A DNA stretch of 64,000 nt from NCBI GenBank assembly GCA_023666615.1, contig JAMPBQ010000001.1, positions 234,621-298,620 of the forward strand, in the 5' to 3' direction. The stretch comes from Clostridium sp. (GTDB lineage: Bacteria; Bacteroidota; Bacteroidia; Bacteroidales; Muribaculaceae). The notes under the pieces are model-generated. The model was not told the DNA's origin, ran no database searches, and saw nothing but the letters and a program-made list of their open reading frames with translations. Shown in pieces: positions 61,598-64,000 of the stretch. Position 1 is the first letter of the stretch. Each line of letters starts with the position of its first letter. The translations under genes and the position numbers were made by a program.

Positions 61598-62665
61598 ATG
61601 GACGCATCAATTATCGTTACCTATCGCTGTCCCATGCGCTGCAAGATGTGCAATATTTGGAACAACCCCACTAAAAAAACGGAAGAATTCAAGCCTGAAA
61701 TGCTAAATAAGCTTCCCAATAATCTAAACGCAATCAATATAACCGGGGGGGAGCCTTTTGTGCGTGACGATATTGAAGAGATTGTAAAGATTCTCCTTAC
61801 CAAAACAAAGAGAATAGTATTCTCTACCAGCGGATATTTTTCAGATAAGATTATTAGCTTGGCGAAAAAATATCCTCAAATCGGCTACCGCATCTCAATC
61901 GAGGGCCTATCATGCAAAAACGACGAACTTCGCGGGCGAGAGGGCGGCTTTGACAAAGGACTTAAGACCTTGTTGGAGTTAAGAAGAATGGGGATTAAGG
62001 ATATAGGATTTGGCATCACTGTATCCAATAACAATTCAGAAGATATGCTCAATCTATATGAGCTCAACCGCAATCTAGGCATGGAGTTTGCGACAGCGTC
62101 TTTCCATAATTCATTTTATTTCCATAAGTATGACAATAAAGTGACAAACATAGACGAAGTATGCGCCAACTTTGATGAGCTCATACAACGCCTTATGAAA
62201 GAGAATCATCCTAAATCATGGTTTAGGGCCTTTTTCAACCTCGGACTTATAAACTATATCCAAGGCGGCCGAAGAATGCTGCCCTGCGAAGCTGGGAATG
62301 AAAACTTCTTTGTTGATCCTTTTGGCAATGTGCTCCCATGCAATGGCATGGAGGAAAATTGTTGGTTTGACACTATGGGCAATCTCAACGATGTCAAAGA
62401 TTTTAATGAAATTTGGAATAGCAAAAAGGCGGAAGAAGTAAGGGGAAAAGTGGCTAATTGCCCAAAGAGCTGTTGGATGGTAGGTTCGGCTTCTCCCGTA
62501 ATGAAAAAATACATTAAAACGATTTCCCCTTGGGTTATAAAGAATAAATTAAAAGTTATGAAGGGAGGCAAAGTAGATACATCCTGTATTCCTTTCTACC
62601 ACGTGGGAAATAATGATAAACAAGGGCTTGGCAACAATAATCCAAACCAAAACGATGGCCTATAG
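61598..62665 (+). CDS. Radical SAM/SPASM-domain protein
   Basis: CPMRCKMC (CxxxCxxC); ITGGEPF; ISIEG; SPASM-like PCEAG...VDPFGNVLPC...CPKSC. Confidence 0.92.
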   Translation: MDASIIVTYRCPMRCKMCNIWNNPTKKTEEFKPEMLNKLPNNLNAINITGGEPFVRDDIEEIVKILLTKTKRIVFSTSGYFSDKIISLAKKYPQIGYRISIEGLSCKNDELRGREGGFDKGLKTLLELRRMGIKDIGFGITVSNNNSEDMLNLYELNRNLGMEFATASFHNSFYFHKYDNKVTNIDEVCANFDELIQRLMKENHPKSWFRAFFNLGLINYIQGGRRMLPCEAGNENFFVDPFGNVLPCNGMEENCWFDTMGNLNDVKDFNEIWNSKKAEEVRGKVANCPKSCWMVGSASPVMKKYIKTISPWVIKNKLKVMKGGKVDTSCIPFYHVGNNDKQGLGNNNPNQNDGL

Positions 62666-62681
62666 AGACAGATAATACTAT

Positions 62682-63791
62682 ATGAAGATTGTGTTTATTG
62701 GCGGAAGGGATGTGCGCATGATTGGAGGCATTGAGAATTATATGTACAATCTTGCCTCTGAGCTTGCAAAGATGGGCCATGCGCCAATAGTCTTTTGCGA
62801 GAGCGACCATAATGGGAAAGAATGCGTAAACGGATTCAAAGTCATCTCCCTAAACGGTCCGCAAAACAATCTTATATGCAAGCCATGGATTGGTCTTAAA
62901 GCTACAATATACACAATACGCCACATAAAAGATGTTGACTTTATCCATTACAACGCTTGGCCACCTTCGCTGTGGAGCCCATTGGCCGCGCTTTTTGGGA
63001 TAAGAAGCCTAATGCAAGGACATGGATTGGAATGGCAGCGCAGCAAATACTCCAAGCCCCAGCAAACAATCCTAAAGCTTATGGAATGGCTAACAGCACA
63101 TCTAAACAAAAATTTGATTATGTGCAGCGAAAGCCAAACCATATACTTCAGGGACAAATATAAAAAAAACGCCATCACTATACCAACAGCGATAAGCCTT
63201 CCATCCAATTCTGACCAGAAAACGGACATCCTGGATCGATTCAGCCTCCAGCCTAAAAGGTATATATTGTTTATGGCCAGGCTTGTTCAAGACAAAAATC
63301 CTGATTTTCTGATCAAGGCGTTTAAAAAGACGAATACTGACGGATATCGACTTGTCATAGCCGGCAACAACCCAACAGATGAAAAATATGTGAAACATCT
63401 TCATTCCTTGGCGGATAATTGCAGTGATATTGTATTTACTGACGCGGTTTTGGGCCAAGACAAGGAAACACTCTTGAAAAATGCCGCTGCATTCTGCTTG
63501 CCGTCCACAATTGAAGGCCTATCCATTTCGCTTTTGGAGGCTATGAGCCACAAAATACCAATTATCGCTTCCGACATAGAAGCAAACAGAGAAATTCTTG
63601 AGGCAGACAAAGCATTGTGGGTGAAAGCCGAAGATGAAGAGAGCTTGGCCGCGGCCTTGGAGAAGTTCACGCGACAAAAAGACATGATGACAGAAGAAGT
63701 CGAATATAATTACAAAAAGGTTGTCAGCCACTATACATGGCCCATAGTGGCGCAAAAGTACATAAAGCATCTTCAAACATTGCGAAAATGA
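62682..63791 (+). CDS. Glycosyltransferase, GT4 family
   Basis: GGIE; HGLEWQRSK; FMARLV.DK; PSTIEGLSISLLEAMS...PIIASDI. Confidence 0.92.
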   Translation: MKIVFIGGRDVRMIGGIENYMYNLASELAKMGHAPIVFCESDHNGKECVNGFKVISLNGPQNNLICKPWIGLKATIYTIRHIKDVDFIHYNAWPPSLWSPLAALFGIRSLMQGHGLEWQRSKYSKPQQTILKLMEWLTAHLNKNLIMCSESQTIYFRDKYKKNAITIPTAISLPSNSDQKTDILDRFSLQPKRYILFMARLVQDKNPDFLIKAFKKTNTDGYRLVIAGNNPTDEKYVKHLHSLADNCSDIVFTDAVLGQDKETLLKNAAAFCLPSTIEGLSISLLEAMSHKIPIIASDIEANREILEADKALWVKAEDEESLAAALEKFTRQKDMMTEEVEYNYKKVVSHYTWPIVAQKYIKHLQTLRK

Positions 63792-64000
63792 TGACAAACC
63801 AAATGGTGATCGACCTATGGAACAAAGCCATCCCAACTCGGATATACTCCCAAGCCCACACCCTTTCTCCGACAAACCGCACCCCGGCGATCGCGACAAT
63901 CATATTCACACAAAAACATCCCCATAAATAACATTGAAATCCAATGACTTAAATTCAGATAAAGAAAACAAAGAAAAAAAACACAAAAAAAATTTGGTCA

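Overview
Chromosomal segment of a Bacteroidales bacterium, probably Muribaculaceae-like. This is inferred from TAnnTTTG -7 promoters, a fused lpxC-fabZ, a moxR-bat operon and a T9SS-type C-terminal domain. About 50 mostly housekeeping genes are present. On the minus strand (1-14.4 kb): a membrane-spanning AraC regulator running off the left edge, a metallophosphoesterase, mdh, pgm, cdsA, DUF695, rnpB, lpxA/lpxC-fabZ/lpxD, a CvfB-like S1 protein and rsmG. Mostly on the plus strand (14.5-64 kb): rplY-pth-hslR, ligA, rimM, a MacAB-TolC-type exporter, ppdK, proS, an HU plus HU-TM-LysM pair, a large T9SS cargo gene, moxR-DUF58-batABCDE, dnaA, an ECF sigma, lgt, wza-wzc, eno and the AT-rich start of a polysaccharide locus containing a radical SAM/SPASM gene. 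No tRNA, rRNA, CRISPR array, transposase or integrase was seen. Best leads: (1) a ~1500-aa secreted adhesin-like gene split from its signal peptide by a C10 tract, a candidate phase-variable gene in the OFF state; (2) an HTCS-like sensor fused directly to an AraC domain with no kinase or receiver, missed by the ORF track; (3) a window-wide set of 7/9/10/19-nt tandem-repeat arrays just after stop codons, one type also expanded inside a coding sequence; (4) a radical SAM/SPASM enzyme between two glycosyltransferases; (5) an HU-TM-LysM protein that could tether nucleoid to envelope; (6) an RNase P RNA lacking P18. All assignments come from reading motifs by eye; no searches were run.
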